Shown one piece after another: positions 28,353 to 38,384 of a stretch of DNA of 64,000 nt. The notes below the pieces were generated by a model. The model had not been told where the DNA came from, made no database searches, and saw nothing but the letters and a program-made list of their open reading frames with translations. The position numbers and the translations under genes are program-made. The DNA is from Candidatus Versatilivorator sp. (lineage in GTDB: Bacteria; Acidobacteriota; Terriglobia; Versatilivoradales; Versatilivoraceae): assembly GCA_965207735.1 (NCBI GenBank), contig OZ242296.1:2208001-2272000 (forward strand), given 5' to 3'. The first letter of the stretch is position 1. Each line of letters starts with the position of its first letter.

Positions 28353-30548
28353 ATGGTGAAGAGAAAGAAAAAGAGACGCACTCAGCGCAGGCGCTTGGAC
28401 TCGGGGCCGGCTTCCTCGCCTCAAGCCATGGTCTCCGTCAAAGCCGGGTCCGCAAAAACGCAGTCGTCCTCCGCTCCCCGGCAGGCGACCGGGTTTTTCG
28501 ACGGAATCTCGCGCCGGGATGCGCCGGCCGCCCTGGCTCTGGGCCTGCTGGCGGGGGTCTGCTACCTGCCCGCGATGCTTTGGGGCGGCTTTGTCTGGGA
28601 TGACTTCATCTGGTCTCAGTCCCGGGCGGTCCGAGAGTGGTCCGGTCTCGGCGCCATCTGGACCTGGCCAAATCTGATTGAGAAAGAGGCGCACTACTGG
28701 CCGCTGACCTATACCACCTTCTGGCTGGAACACAAGATGTGGGGACTCGAGCCGGCCGGCTATCACGTCGTCAACGTGCTGCTGCACCTGCTCAACACCC
28801 TGCTGGTGTGGCGCCTGCTGCTGCGTTTGGCCGTGCCCGGGGCCTGGATTGCAGCCGCCGTGTTTGCCGTGCACCCGCTGCACGTGGAGTCGGTGGCCTG
28901 GATTTTCGAGCGCAAGGACGTGCTATCCGGTCTTTTCTACCTGGCTGCCGTGCTGGTGTGGCTGCGCTTCCTGGAAAAACCGCGACCCTGGCGCTACGGC
29001 CTGGCGCTGCTGCTGTTCGCGGCGGGCCTGTTGAGCAAGTCCATGGTGGTGACGCTGCCGGCGGCCTTGCTGATTGTCCAGTGGTGGAGGAACGGCCGCA
29101 TCGCGGTTCGGGATCTGCAGCGGGTGGCGCCGTTCTTCCTGGTGGCGCTGCTCATCACGGCACTGGATCTCTACTCGGTCGGTTCGAAGTCCAGTCTGCT
29201 GGACTACTCGCTTCCCGAGAAGATGCTCATCGCGTCGCGGGCCTTGTGGTTCTACGCGGGCAAGCTGGCCTGGCCAACCGATCTGGCCGTCATCTACCCG
29301 CGGTGGGACATCAGCCTCGGGGACCCCTGGGCATGGCTCTACCTGGCCGGGGCGGCGGCGCTGGCGGCAACGCTGTGGTTCCTGCGCCACAGGATTGGGC
29401 GCGGTCCGCTGGCCGGGGCGCTGTTCTTTGCGGTGACGCTGTCGCCGGTGCTGGGCTTCGTGAATCACGGCTACATGCAGTACTCCTTTGTGGCCGATCG
29501 CTTTCAATACCTGGCCGGCATCGGGGTGATGGCGGTCGTCATCGGCGCCGCCGTACAGGGCGCCGGCCGGCTGCCGGGCCGATTGAAGTCGGGGGCGGCG
29601 GGTCTACTGGTGGTGGTGCTGGCGCTTCTTGGAACCATGACCTGGCGCCAGGCGGAAATCTACCGGGACGCCGTCACCTTCTTCAGCCACATCGCCTCTC
29701 TCAACCCCGAGGCGCGGAGCGCTCACTACAATCTCAGCATCCATTTGACCAGGGCAGGCCGTCCGGAGGAAGCCCTGGCCGCCGCCCGGATGGCCGTGGA
29801 AAACCGCCCTCAGGCCAAAGACCTTTCCACCCTCGGCGCCGCGCTGATTGACATGGAACAGTACGTCGAGGCCGAGGAGGTCTTGCGCCGCGCCCTGGAG
29901 ATTGATTCGAGCCACAAGAATACTCTCCGGCAAATGGCCAGAATGCTCAGGGAACAAGTACGCTTCGAGGAAGCGCTGGAGGCATACCGCCGCTTGCTCG
30001 AAATCGACCCCGAGGACGCACTTGCCCACGGCTACACGGGCAATATACTGTTCAACCTACATCGACCCGACGAAGCCATCGAGCCCCTGAACAGGGCCCT
30101 GACACTCACCCGGGCCGCACGGTCGCTGACACCGGACTTGCCGACGCCGGAGGCTCTGCATGTCCTGCTGGGCAAGGCGTCGTGGGAAGCGGGCCGACTC
30201 CAAGTGGGAGAGGAGCACTTCCGGCAAGCTCTGCAACTCAATTCGCGCAATACAGAGGCACTCGAGCATATCGCCGTTTCGCATTTCAGGCAGAATCGTT
30301 TCCAGGAGGCGCTCGATCTGTATCGAACCCTGTTGGAGATCGATCCCGACAAGGCGTCCACCTACTCCAACCTGGGCGCGGCCTTGTATCAACTGGGCCG
30401 GTTCGAAGAAGCACGCCAAAGCCTGGAGCGCGCGCTCGCCCTGGACCCTACCCTGGAAATGGCCAGATCCAACCTCGAAAAGGTACGCAAGACCGTGCCA
30501 AAGCCGGGGGAAAGCGCGTTCACCCCGATGGCGCCCGCAAGGAAATGA
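28353..30548 (+). CDS. TMTC-like GT-C membrane protein with C-terminal TPRs, copy 2
   Basis: Same motifs as copy 1 and near-identical membrane domain; start re-called at MVKRKK. Confidence 0.85.
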   Translation: MVKRKKKRRTQRRRLDSGPASSPQAMVSVKAGSAKTQSSSAPRQATGFFDGISRRDAPAALALGLLAGVCYLPAMLWGGFVWDDFIWSQSRAVREWSGLGAIWTWPNLIEKEAHYWPLTYTTFWLEHKMWGLEPAGYHVVNVLLHLLNTLLVWRLLLRLAVPGAWIAAAVFAVHPLHVESVAWIFERKDVLSGLFYLAAVLVWLRFLEKPRPWRYGLALLLFAAGLLSKSMVVTLPAALLIVQWWRNGRIAVRDLQRVAPFFLVALLITALDLYSVGSKSSLLDYSLPEKMLIASRALWFYAGKLAWPTDLAVIYPRWDISLGDPWAWLYLAGAAALAATLWFLRHRIGRGPLAGALFFAVTLSPVLGFVNHGYMQYSFVADRFQYLAGIGVMAVVIGAAVQGAGRLPGRLKSGAAGLLVVVLALLGTMTWRQAEIYRDAVTFFSHIASLNPEARSAHYNLSIHLTRAGRPEEALAAARMAVENRPQAKDLSTLGAALIDMEQYVEAEEVLRRALEIDSSHKNTLRQMARMLREQVRFEEALEAYRRLLEIDPEDALAHGYTGNILFNLHRPDEAIEPLNRALTLTRAARSLTPDLPTPEALHVLLGKASWEAGRLQVGEEHFRQALQLNSRNTEALEHIAVSHFRQNRFQEALDLYRTLLEIDPDKASTYSNLGAALYQLGRFEEARQSLERALALDPTLEMARSNLEKVRKTVPKPGESAFTPMAPARK

Positions 30549-30551
30549 GTT

Positions 30552-31503
30552 GTCCACGAAGGGGGTCCGTGCAGAACCGTGACGGGGTCAAAAGACTTAT
30601 CCACGAAGGGGGTCCGAGAAGAATCGTGACGGGGTCAAAAGGCTTATCCACGAAGGGGGTCCGAGAAGAATCGTGACGGGGGTTAAAAGATTTCCACGAA
30701 GGGGCACGAAGGTCCACGAAGGGGCACTAAGGCGGCGGAGGTGGATCGGGAGGGGTGCCAGGGGTCGGGTAGGGAAAAGAAAAAGATGTCCACGAAGGGA
30801 GTCCGAGAAGAATCGTGACGGGGTTAACAGATTTCCACGAAGGGGCACGAAGGGGCACTAAGGGGTTGGAGGTGGATCGGGAGGGGGGTGCCAGAGTTCG
30901 GGTAGGAAAAGGAAAAAGATTTCCACGAAGGGAGTCTATGCAGAACCGTGACAGGGGAAAAGGCTTATCCACGAAGGGAGTCCGTGCAGAACCGTGACGG
31001 GGGAAAAGACTTTTCCACGAAGGGGCACGAAGGACCACGAAGGGGCACTAAGGCGTTGGGGGTGGATCGGGAGGGGGTTGCCAGGGTTCGGGTAGGAAAT
31101 GGAAAAAGACATCCACGAAGGGAGTCATTGCAGAACCGTGACGGGGTCAAAAGACTTATCCACGAAGGGAGTCTATGCAGAACCGTGACGGGGGGGAAAG
31201 GCTTATCCACGAAGGGGCACGAAGGTCCACGAAGGGGCACTAAGGCGGCGGAGGTGGATCGGGAGGGGGGTGCCAAGGGTCGGGAAGGGAAAGGAAAAAG
31301 ATTTCCACGAAGGGAGTCTTTGCAAAACCGTGACGGGGAGAAAAGGCTTATCCACGAAGGGGCACGAAGGACCACGAAGGGGCACTAAGGCGTTGGGGGT
31401 GGATCGAGAGGGAGTTGCCAAGGGTCAGGAAGGAAAAGGGAAAAGAAATCCACGAAGGGAGTCCATGCAGAACCCTGACGGGGTCAAAAGACTTATCCAC
31501 GAA
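30552..31503 (+). repeat. Repeat family D array, purine-rich orientation (TCCACGAAGGGGCACGAAGG...CCGTGACGGGG)
   Basis: Many CCACGAAGGG and CGTGACGGGG units starting about 5 bp after the TMTC copy 2 stop. Confidence 0.9.
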
Positions 31504-31552
31504 ACAGTATATTGCCGACCTGGTTTGCTTTGAACAGGTTGAGGATTTCCTT

Positions 31553-32231
31553 TAACCCCCATCACGATTCTTCTCCGAGCCCTCCGTGGAAATCTTTTTC
31601 CCGTTTCCCCCCTTCCCAATCCCTGGCAACCCCCTCTCGAATTACCTCCGACGCCTTCGTGCCCCTTCGTGGTCCTTCGTGCCCCTTCGTGGAAATCTGT
31701 TAACGCCGCCACGATTCTTCTCGGACCCCCTTCGTGGAAATCCCTTCACCCCCGTCACGATTCTTCTCCGAACCCTCCGTGGACATCTTTTCCCCTTTTC
31801 ACCCCTTCCCGAACCCTGGCAACCCCCTCTCGAATTACCTCCGATGCCTTAGTGCCCCTTCGTGGTCCTTCGTGCCCGTTCGTGGAAATCTGTTAACCCC
31901 CGTCACGATTCCCCTCCGAACCCTCCGTGGAAATCATTTTCCCTTTTCTCCCCTTCTCGATCCGTGGCAACCCCCTCTCGAATTACCTCCGATGCCTTAG
32001 TGCCCCTTCGTGGTCCTTCGTGCCCCTTCGTGGAAATCTGTTAACCCCCGTCACGATTCCCCTCCGAACCCTCCGTGGAAATCTTTTTCCCTTTTCTCCC
32101 CTTCCCGATCCGTGGCAACCCCCTCTCGAATTACCTCCGACGCCTTAGTGCCCCTTCGTGGTCCTTCGTGCCCCTTCGTGGAAATCTGTTAACCCCCGTC
32201 ACGATTCCCCTCCGGACCCCCTTCGTGGATT
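31553..32231 (-). repeat. Repeat family D array, inverted orientation, 148-bp period
   Basis: CCCCTTCGTGGTCCTTCGTGCCCCTTCGTGGA units with 148-bp spacing; ends a few bp from the cyclase stop. Confidence 0.9.
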
Positions 32232-32235
32232 ACTC

Positions 32236-33291
32236 CTATCGCAACGCGATCGGGCGCATGGTGAAGCCGGCGGTGCTGCCCTTGATCTTGTTGGTGGCGG
32301 CGATGTAGCAGAACTCGTAGACCCGGTCGGCGGCCAGCTCCTCCAGGTAGTGGAACTCGGCCACGTGCACCCCCTGCTCCACCAGCAGGTACTCGTGCAC
32401 CGGGATGAAGCTGGTGCTTCCGGCCGGCGCCGGGGCCACCTCCAGCCCTGAGGTGTCGGACCCTACCATGATGGCCCCCTTCTCTTCCACCAGCCACCTG
32501 GCGGCCTCCAGGTTGATCCCGGCCGAGTCGTGGGCCCCGATCTTGTGGTGGTCTCCCCCGGCTTCCCCCCAGTAGCGCAGGGTCCCGGTGCGCACGAAGA
32601 CGGCGTCGCCGGGCTCGATCCCGGTGCCCTGCTTCTCCAGGGCGGCCTCGAGGTCCTTGGGACCGATGGCGGTCCCTCCCGGCAAGGCTTCGACTCCCTT
32701 GTTGCCGGCCACGTCAATCAGAACGCCCCGCACCACGATGGGAGGGATGGTGGAGGCGTCGGCCTTGCGGATGCCGAAGTTGCCGCCCCACTCGGCCTCG
32801 GTGAAGCCGTTGTACCAGTGGTCGTCCTCTCCGGTGGTGATGTGGCCCAGGCTGTCGATCTGGGTGGCCACGTTGTCGTTGATGAAGAGGGCGCAGCTAT
32901 GCCAGGCCAGCCGGGCCGGGTTCACCGATGCCGCGGTGAAGTCCAGGTCCTGCTGGCGTTTGACCCCCTCGGGGGTGCGGAAGGAGATGATCTCGCCCGG
33001 GGAGTGGCCCGGCCACTTGTAGGAGGTGCGGTCGTAGTCGATACCCAGGTCGTAGACTTTTCCCTTCTTGACCAGGCCGACGGCTTCGAGCACCGATCGG
33101 GGAGTCATGGCGTTGAGGGAGCCCACTTCGTCGTCCTTTCCCCAGACCCATCCCCAACCCCGGCCCTTCTTCCAGCCCTTCAGCTCATGGCCCGACGGGT
33201 CGGCCAGGGTCCAGGCTGTCCATCCCAGCAGCAGGGCGCCTACGACGAGAAGGGCCGGCAGCCGATGTGTCGATGTGGTGGTGTGTCTCAT
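32236..33291 (-). CDS. Exported cyclase-family (kynurenine formamidase-like) metal hydrolase
   Basis: WG.DDEVGSLN, ATQIDSLGH, RGVLIDVA, GDAVFVRTG, GSDT and VH.YLL motifs; signal peptide. Confidence 0.85.
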   Translation of the reverse strand: MRHTTTSTHRLPALLVVGALLLGWTAWTLADPSGHELKGWKKGRGWGWVWGKDDEVGSLNAMTPRSVLEAVGLVKKGKVYDLGIDYDRTSYKWPGHSPGEIISFRTPEGVKRQQDLDFTAASVNPARLAWHSCALFINDNVATQIDSLGHITTGEDDHWYNGFTEAEWGGNFGIRKADASTIPPIVVRGVLIDVAGNKGVEALPGGTAIGPKDLEAALEKQGTGIEPGDAVFVRTGTLRYWGEAGGDHHKIGAHDSAGINLEAARWLVEEKGAIMVGSDTSGLEVAPAPAGSTSFIPVHEYLLVEQGVHVAEFHYLEELAADRVYEFCYIAATNKIKGSTAGFTMRPIALR

Positions 33292-33409
33292 CCTCTCCTC
33301 CCGGAAGTTTGTGCTTCGATTGAAACGGATATTCTTGGCTCTGAGAATCTATCGGAGAGGCGGGCGTATTTCAAGGGGGAGGGGGTGGGGTTGGCGCTTC
33401 GGGGTGAGG

Positions 33410-33692
33410 TGCTGACGCCGCCTTCGCGGCTCGGGGTTTTGCATCTTTTCCCATGGGCTTACGCCCACGGCTACCTGCTGACGCCGCCTTCGCGGCTCGG
33501 GGTTGCATCCCTTCCCATGGGCTTACGCCCACGGCTACCTGCTGGCGCCGCCTTCGCGGCTCGGGGGTTTTCATCTCTTCCCATGGGCTTACGCCCACGG
33601 CTACCTGCTGACGCCGCCTTCGCGGCTCAGGGTTTTGCATCCCTTCCCATGGGCTTACGCCCACGGCTACCTGCTGGCGCGGCTTCGCCGCT
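33410..33692. repeat. Family A REP tandem array (four copies)
   Basis: CCCATGGGCTTACGCCCACGGCTACCTGCTG repeated at about 65-bp spacing. Confidence 0.9.
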
Positions 33693-33704
33693 CGACTGGT
33701 GTCC

Positions 33705-34300
33705 CTCCAACCCCTTCGTGTTCCTTGGTGGATCTTCGTGCCCCTTCGTCGACAAATCTTTTTGCCCCGTCGCGGTTCTTTGTGGATTCCCGCCTTGAAA
33801 GACGGGGGGCGGTGTTCACCCCCCACCGCATCAGCCTTCGCCGTTCGGCTCGGCTTCTGCGACTCCCCCTCAAGGGGGGAGTGATTATCTTTGCAGTGAA
33901 GTGGGCGGGATAGGCAAAGCCGTGCCAGGCCTTGTGCGGGCGGGACGCCCGCGCAAGACCTGGCACAATGAAAGAGAATCCGGTAAAGGCGGGTCTGGTG
34001 CGCTTCCAACGGGCGTGCCGTGGATGGGAGGCTGTTTGCAGGAATAAGGATGCGGGCGGGACGCCCGCGCTCCCGGGGGCTCATTTCATGGCGTCGCTGG
34101 GGAAAAAGACTCGCTTGTGCGGCGCTTCCCGGGCGGGTAAACAGCCAGAGCGAAGGGACGAGATTGCCGGACTATACCGTAGCGCAACTTTTGGCGTGCA
34201 AACGGATATTGGCGCCGTTTGTGGTTTGCGGAAGTGGGAGGGGTGGCGGGCCTTGTGCGGGCGGGACGCCCGCGTTCCCGGGGGGATCCCTTCGTGGATG
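33705..34300. repeat. Stacked family D, family B and family C elements
   Basis: CCCCTTCGTG units near 33710-33790, hairpin ACTCCCCCTCAAGGGGGGAGT near 33861, RAYT-derived mini-element near 33920-34080. Confidence 0.75.
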
Positions 34301-34390
34301 TCTTTTTCGTGGAAAACGCGGAAGCCCTGCGATGTTGGCTACTGGGGGAACTTTCCGGCGGAGGCCTGACCCGAAGCCCGAACCCGATAA

Positions 34391-34744
34391 CTAACTGAAG
34401 AAGGCCAGCTTGATCAGCAGCGCCAATCCTGTTGCGCCACCGCCAAAAACCGCGACTTCAAGCCTTGTCAACCGGTTCTCCAGCTTGGCGATGTCCTGCC
34501 TGGTCGCGGCCCTCAAGTTGGCGATGTCTTCCTTGGTCGCGGCCCTCAAGTCGGCGATGTCTTCCCTGGTCGCGGCCCTCAAGTCGGCGATGTCTTCCCT
34601 GGTCGCGGCCCTCAAGTTGGCGATGTCTTCCCTGGTCGCCAGCACATCGGAGACCGGGATGGCTTCGGCGGCGGCTTTGGCCTTGTCTTCCGGAGCGCCG
34701 GCGGCAATCAGGGCTTCGTAGACTTCGCTCACCATGATCCCCAT
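34391..34744 (-). CDS. CCDC90/DUF1640-like membrane-anchored coiled-coil protein with 11-aa repeats
   Basis: Head (EALIAAGAPEDKAKAAAEA), neck LATREDI, repeated ATREDIADLRA and a C-terminal TM; GGAGG RBS. Confidence 0.8.
   Translation of the reverse strand: MGIMVSEVYEALIAAGAPEDKAKAAAEAIPVSDVLATREDIANLRAATREDIADLRAATREDIADLRAATKEDIANLRAATRQDIAKLENRLTRLEVAVFGGGATGLALLIKLAFFS
34485..34639. repeat. Intragenic 33-bp tandem repeat (about 4.7 copies)
   Basis: TYGGCGATGTCTTCCCTGGTCGCGGCCCTCAAG units at 34485, 34518, 34551, 34584 and 34617. Confidence 0.9.
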
Positions 34745-34889
34745 GGTCACTTCCTCCCCGGTAAACTCCCCTGCAGCCGGACAAGGCTTGCCGTCAATCT
34801 TTCTTTTATTTTCTCACACACCACACCCCAATGCCAGGAATAGCAGATGAGGGTTCCTGAACGGGGCAACCCATTGCAAGCAGCGCCTG

Positions 34890-35550
34890 AGCCCTTGGTG
34901 GCCCTTCGCCGTTCCTTCGTGGCCCTTCGTGGAAATGTTGTTGCCTTTTCGCCCCTCGCGGATATCTTCTTCCCCCTTCCCGACCCTTGGCGAACCCCTC
35001 TCGATCTACCCCCGACGCCTTAGTGCCCCTTCGTCGTTCTTCGTGCCCCTTCGTGGATATCTTTTTGCCTTTTCCTTTTCGCCCTTCGCGGAAATCTTCT
35101 GCCCCCTTCCCGACCCTTGGCGAACCCCTCTCGATCTACCCCCAATGCCTTCGTGCCCCTTCGCCGTTCTTCGTGCCCCTTCGTGGATATCTTTTTGCCT
35201 TTTCGCCCTTCGTGGAAATCTCCTTCCCCCTACCCGACCCTTGGCGGATCCCTATCGATCTACCCCCGACGCCTTAGTGCCCCTTCGTCGTTCTTCGTGC
35301 CCCTTCGTGGATATGTTTTTGCCTTTTCCTTTTCGCCCCTCGCGGATTTCTCCTTCCCCCTTCCCGACCCTTGGCGAACCCCTCTCGATCTACCCCCGAC
35401 GCCTTAGTGCCCCTTCGCCGTTCTTCGTGGCCCTTCGTGGATATGTTTTTGCCTTTTCCTTTTCGCCCCTCGTGGATAAATCTTTTTACCCCGTCGCGGT
35501 TCTACGCGGCCGGGCCTTGTGCGGGCGGGACGCCCGCGCTCCCGGGGGGC
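34890..35550 (-). repeat. Family D array ending in a family C REP
   Basis: GCCCCTTCGTGGATAT...CCCGACCCTTGGCGAACCCCTCTCGATC units; TGCGGGCGGGACGCCCGCGCTCCCGGG near 35520. Confidence 0.85.
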
Positions 35551-35641
35551 ATCGTCTCATGACAGCACTATTCGTCTGAAGGGAGGAGCGGTGCGGGATT
35601 GGCACGCCGGAGCCCTTGGTGGACCCGCTTCGTGGATCGGC

Positions 35642-37411
35642 TCAGTTTCCGAGGTTTTCTCCCCTGGCCGGGGAACGTGCTCCTCCGAACTCCGGATCGG
35701 GAATCACCAGGGCCAGGTAACCGGTGGCCATGTCCAAGGATGCTCCCTGCATGGAATCGATCAGGATCATGGCCATTCCATGGGCATGACGGAAGCCTGC
35801 CCGGGCGATGGCGTATCCCTCGAATCCGGGCAGGAAATCGCTGCAGGTAAACGAAACGGTATCGCCCGCGGCCAGGCTGGAGGCGATCTCCATCACCATG
35901 GTCGGCGGCACCCTTCCGCTGGAGCCGTCGAAAGTGGGGATGCTCCTGGCAAAGGCATGAAACACGACGCTTCCGGACTGCTCCACCGCACCGCCGCTGA
36001 GTCCGAAGACCCCGTCGTCGCTGGTGGTGTTGGCAATGGAAATGACCATGTCCCAATTGGGGTAGGCGCCGCAATTGAGTTGGGGGAACAGCAGGTAGGT
36101 GACACACGGGGTGAAGTTCAGGATGCGGCCGTCGGGAAAGACGATCTCCGGATCGGATTCCGGCATCATCAGGTAGGAAAGCACCGAAGCGCGATCGTCG
36201 TCCTCACCGCTCTTGCCGGCCGGTCCAAGCCAAGCCCAGATATCGGCGATGCCGCCGGACCCCGCCATGTCGGGGTCGACTTCAACCGTGAACTCGATCT
36301 TGAAGAAATCCGAAACGGTGGCGACGTTCCTGTCGCCAGCGCCGGTCCTGCCCTCCGCGGTGGCGGCGTAGATGTAGGTGACCGTCTCGCCGGTGCCGGC
36401 AGCCACCGTCTCGCCCTCGACCTCTTCCTGACCGGCACCCCTATTATTGGCCGCATCCACCTGTCCGGCCTCTCGACGGGATGCATCCGTCAGGGTGAGA
36501 TTGCTCCAAGCGTTACGGGGGGAGGCATCCTGGTCGGGATCCATGAAATTGACCCCATGGGGCCAGCGCAAGTCGGTCCCCTCGGGCAAGTTGTTCACCT
36601 GGATGGTGACCCTGGTGGAGCCGATCCCGGATCCTTCATCGTCTTCCCAGGCCCGGGCGAAGCCCTCGGTCACCGTGATGGACGGGACGCCGCCGATGGG
36701 AACTTCAACGTCGTCGGCCGTATCGGCGGTGCCCTGGTCATCGGTCATGGTTCCGAGGTTGCACAGGAGCCGGTTGGCGCGCCCGACTTCAACCCTCAAG
36801 CCGTCCCTGACGATGGACACCCTGCCCCCCACGTTTTCGGACCTCTCCCGATCGATGGGAACGAACCCGGTGGGAGCCGTGGCGGAATTGATGGAGGCCA
36901 GGATCCTGTCTCCATCGGACAGGCGCGAAACGTCGGCTCGCACTCCCCGCAGAACCACAAAGCCGAACTGGCCGGCATCGGGCCGGGCGGTCCCCAGGGC
37001 GAGGGTGACCGTGCCGACCCCGGTGTCCTTGTCATTGGCGATGGTTGCGGCAATGCCGCCGTCGCAACTGGTGTCGGCTTCTCCTTCGGCGTCAGTCTGG
37101 TTGAAGGTACCGGCGCACAGCAACTCGGCGCCTCCGGTGAGATAGAGGCCACCGTAGTTCACGGTGACGGTCCTGCCGTCATCGATATCGCCGCCGCCGT
37201 GGGAGTAGTCCAGCCGGATGGCGCCCATCTCCTGGTTGCGTCCGTGCTGGACCACGGTCGTCTCGGATTTGGAGACTATGAATCCTTGGGCGTTGGCCCG
37301 CGTAAGGGACAGTCCCGGCAGGAGCAAGGCGCACAATAGAAGGGTTGATGGTGTTCGCAGGTTCTCGGTCGCCATTGTGAAGATCCAGCGGAGAAACGGC
37401 CGTCGTATCAA
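35642..37411 (-). CDS. Secreted acidic Gly/Thr/Asp-rich protein, S-layer-like, paralog 1
   Basis: GAGGAG RBS with TTG start; signal peptide ending ANA/QGF; colinear with 38617-40326, sharing VTYLLFP, FEGYAIA, FRHAHGMA and GYLALVIPDPEF. Confidence 0.7.
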   Translation of the reverse strand: MIRRPFLRWIFTMATENLRTPSTLLLCALLLPGLSLTRANAQGFIVSKSETTVVQHGRNQEMGAIRLDYSHGGGDIDDGRTVTVNYGGLYLTGGAELLCAGTFNQTDAEGEADTSCDGGIAATIANDKDTGVGTVTLALGTARPDAGQFGFVVLRGVRADVSRLSDGDRILASINSATAPTGFVPIDRERSENVGGRVSIVRDGLRVEVGRANRLLCNLGTMTDDQGTADTADDVEVPIGGVPSITVTEGFARAWEDDEGSGIGSTRVTIQVNNLPEGTDLRWPHGVNFMDPDQDASPRNAWSNLTLTDASRREAGQVDAANNRGAGQEEVEGETVAAGTGETVTYIYAATAEGRTGAGDRNVATVSDFFKIEFTVEVDPDMAGSGGIADIWAWLGPAGKSGEDDDRASVLSYLMMPESDPEIVFPDGRILNFTPCVTYLLFPQLNCGAYPNWDMVISIANTTSDDGVFGLSGGAVEQSGSVVFHAFARSIPTFDGSSGRVPPTMVMEIASSLAAGDTVSFTCSDFLPGFEGYAIARAGFRHAHGMAMILIDSMQGASLDMATGYLALVIPDPEFGGARSPARGENLGN

Positions 37412-37532
37412 TTCTTTCTCCTCAATGAAGTATGCCGCGGATTCGCCCAGTGCTTATCGACACCCCGACGGAATTCGCGCCGGCTTCCGAGCCGCCGGGT
37501 GAATGCCAGCCAGGACCAGGGTCCATTGAAGT

Positions 37533-38384
37533 CTAGGGATTCGCCGGTTCGGAGGGCCTACTGCCGGCGGCTTCCCGCGAGGGGCTGGGGGGCTGGGCGG
37601 CCTCTTCGGGAGTGTACACCTTGCCCGTGATGCGAAGCTTGACCATTTCCTTGACGGGCTCGAACTGGACGAAGAAATCCTGCACAAAAACTCCGTGAAG
37701 CTTGGCCGTGTCGAGTTCCACCAGGATCTCTCCCGATTCCCCGGCCGGAATCACCCGCTTTTCCGTCCTGTCGGCGATGAGACGCTCGGGACCATGGATC
37801 CTCTCGACCACAATGTCTCCGGAGGAAGCGTTGCGAAAGGAATAACGGGATTGGACGGGATCGCCCTGCACGGCCGTTGCGAAATCGAAGACCGATTGCT
37901 CGAACTCCGCCTTGGTGGCGGCTCCCAGCTTATCGTAGTAGTACTCCCTGAAAAGCTCGGCATCGGATTGGGGAGGATCGGCCGGGTCCAGGAACCACTC
38001 CCCCTCCTGCTTCTTCCAGCGAAACCTATCCCTGACCGTCAAGCGGCTGATTCCCCCGGCCGCGACCACTCGGCTAATAGTGACGATCGCCGAACTGTTG
38101 CCGACGTCGGGTTCCACGCCCACGATGCGGAAGTTGCTGATTCGGGCCTTCCCTGACCGGGAGACGTCGACGGCATCCCTGGAACCGGGAAGGATGAACT
38201 CCCTGGCCTGGCTGAAACGCCGGGCGTGAACCGCCCTGAAGTAGGCGGTCACCCGCTGCTTGAGCTGCTCCACGTCGGCCTGGCCTCCCTCCTCCGAACC
38301 GGTCACGGCACTTGCCGACATCCAGGACGCCAGCAGGACGGCCAACAAACCCGTGGAAAGCAGAATACACGTCGATCGCAGCAT
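37533..38384 (-). CDS. Exported protein with C-terminal DUF1573-like Ig domain
   Basis: Signal peptide; FDF...QGD.V...YSFRN...IPAGESGEI.V..DT....G.F pattern. Confidence 0.65.
   Translation of the reverse strand: MLRSTCILLSTGLLAVLLASWMSASAVTGSEEGGQADVEQLKQRVTAYFRAVHARRFSQAREFILPGSRDAVDVSRSGKARISNFRIVGVEPDVGNSSAIVTISRVVAAGGISRLTVRDRFRWKKQEGEWFLDPADPPQSDAELFREYYYDKLGAATKAEFEQSVFDFATAVQGDPVQSRYSFRNASSGDIVVERIHGPERLIADRTEKRVIPAGESGEILVELDTAKLHGVFVQDFFVQFEPVKEMVKLRITGKVYTPEEAAQPPSPSREAAGSRPSEPANP

Noticed and set aside
24313-28420. NLS-like basic N-termini of the GT22 and TMTC proteins
   Set aside because: More simply explained as positive-inside cytoplasmic tails before the first TM helix.
30552-32231. 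Possible CRISPR array
   Set aside because: Repeats are degenerate and the intervening sequences are themselves repeated rather than unique spacers; no cas genes in the window.
33410-33692. CRISPR-like spacing of family A units
   Set aside because: Inter-repeat segments are short and similar to each other; the same unit is dispersed in both orientations as a REP.
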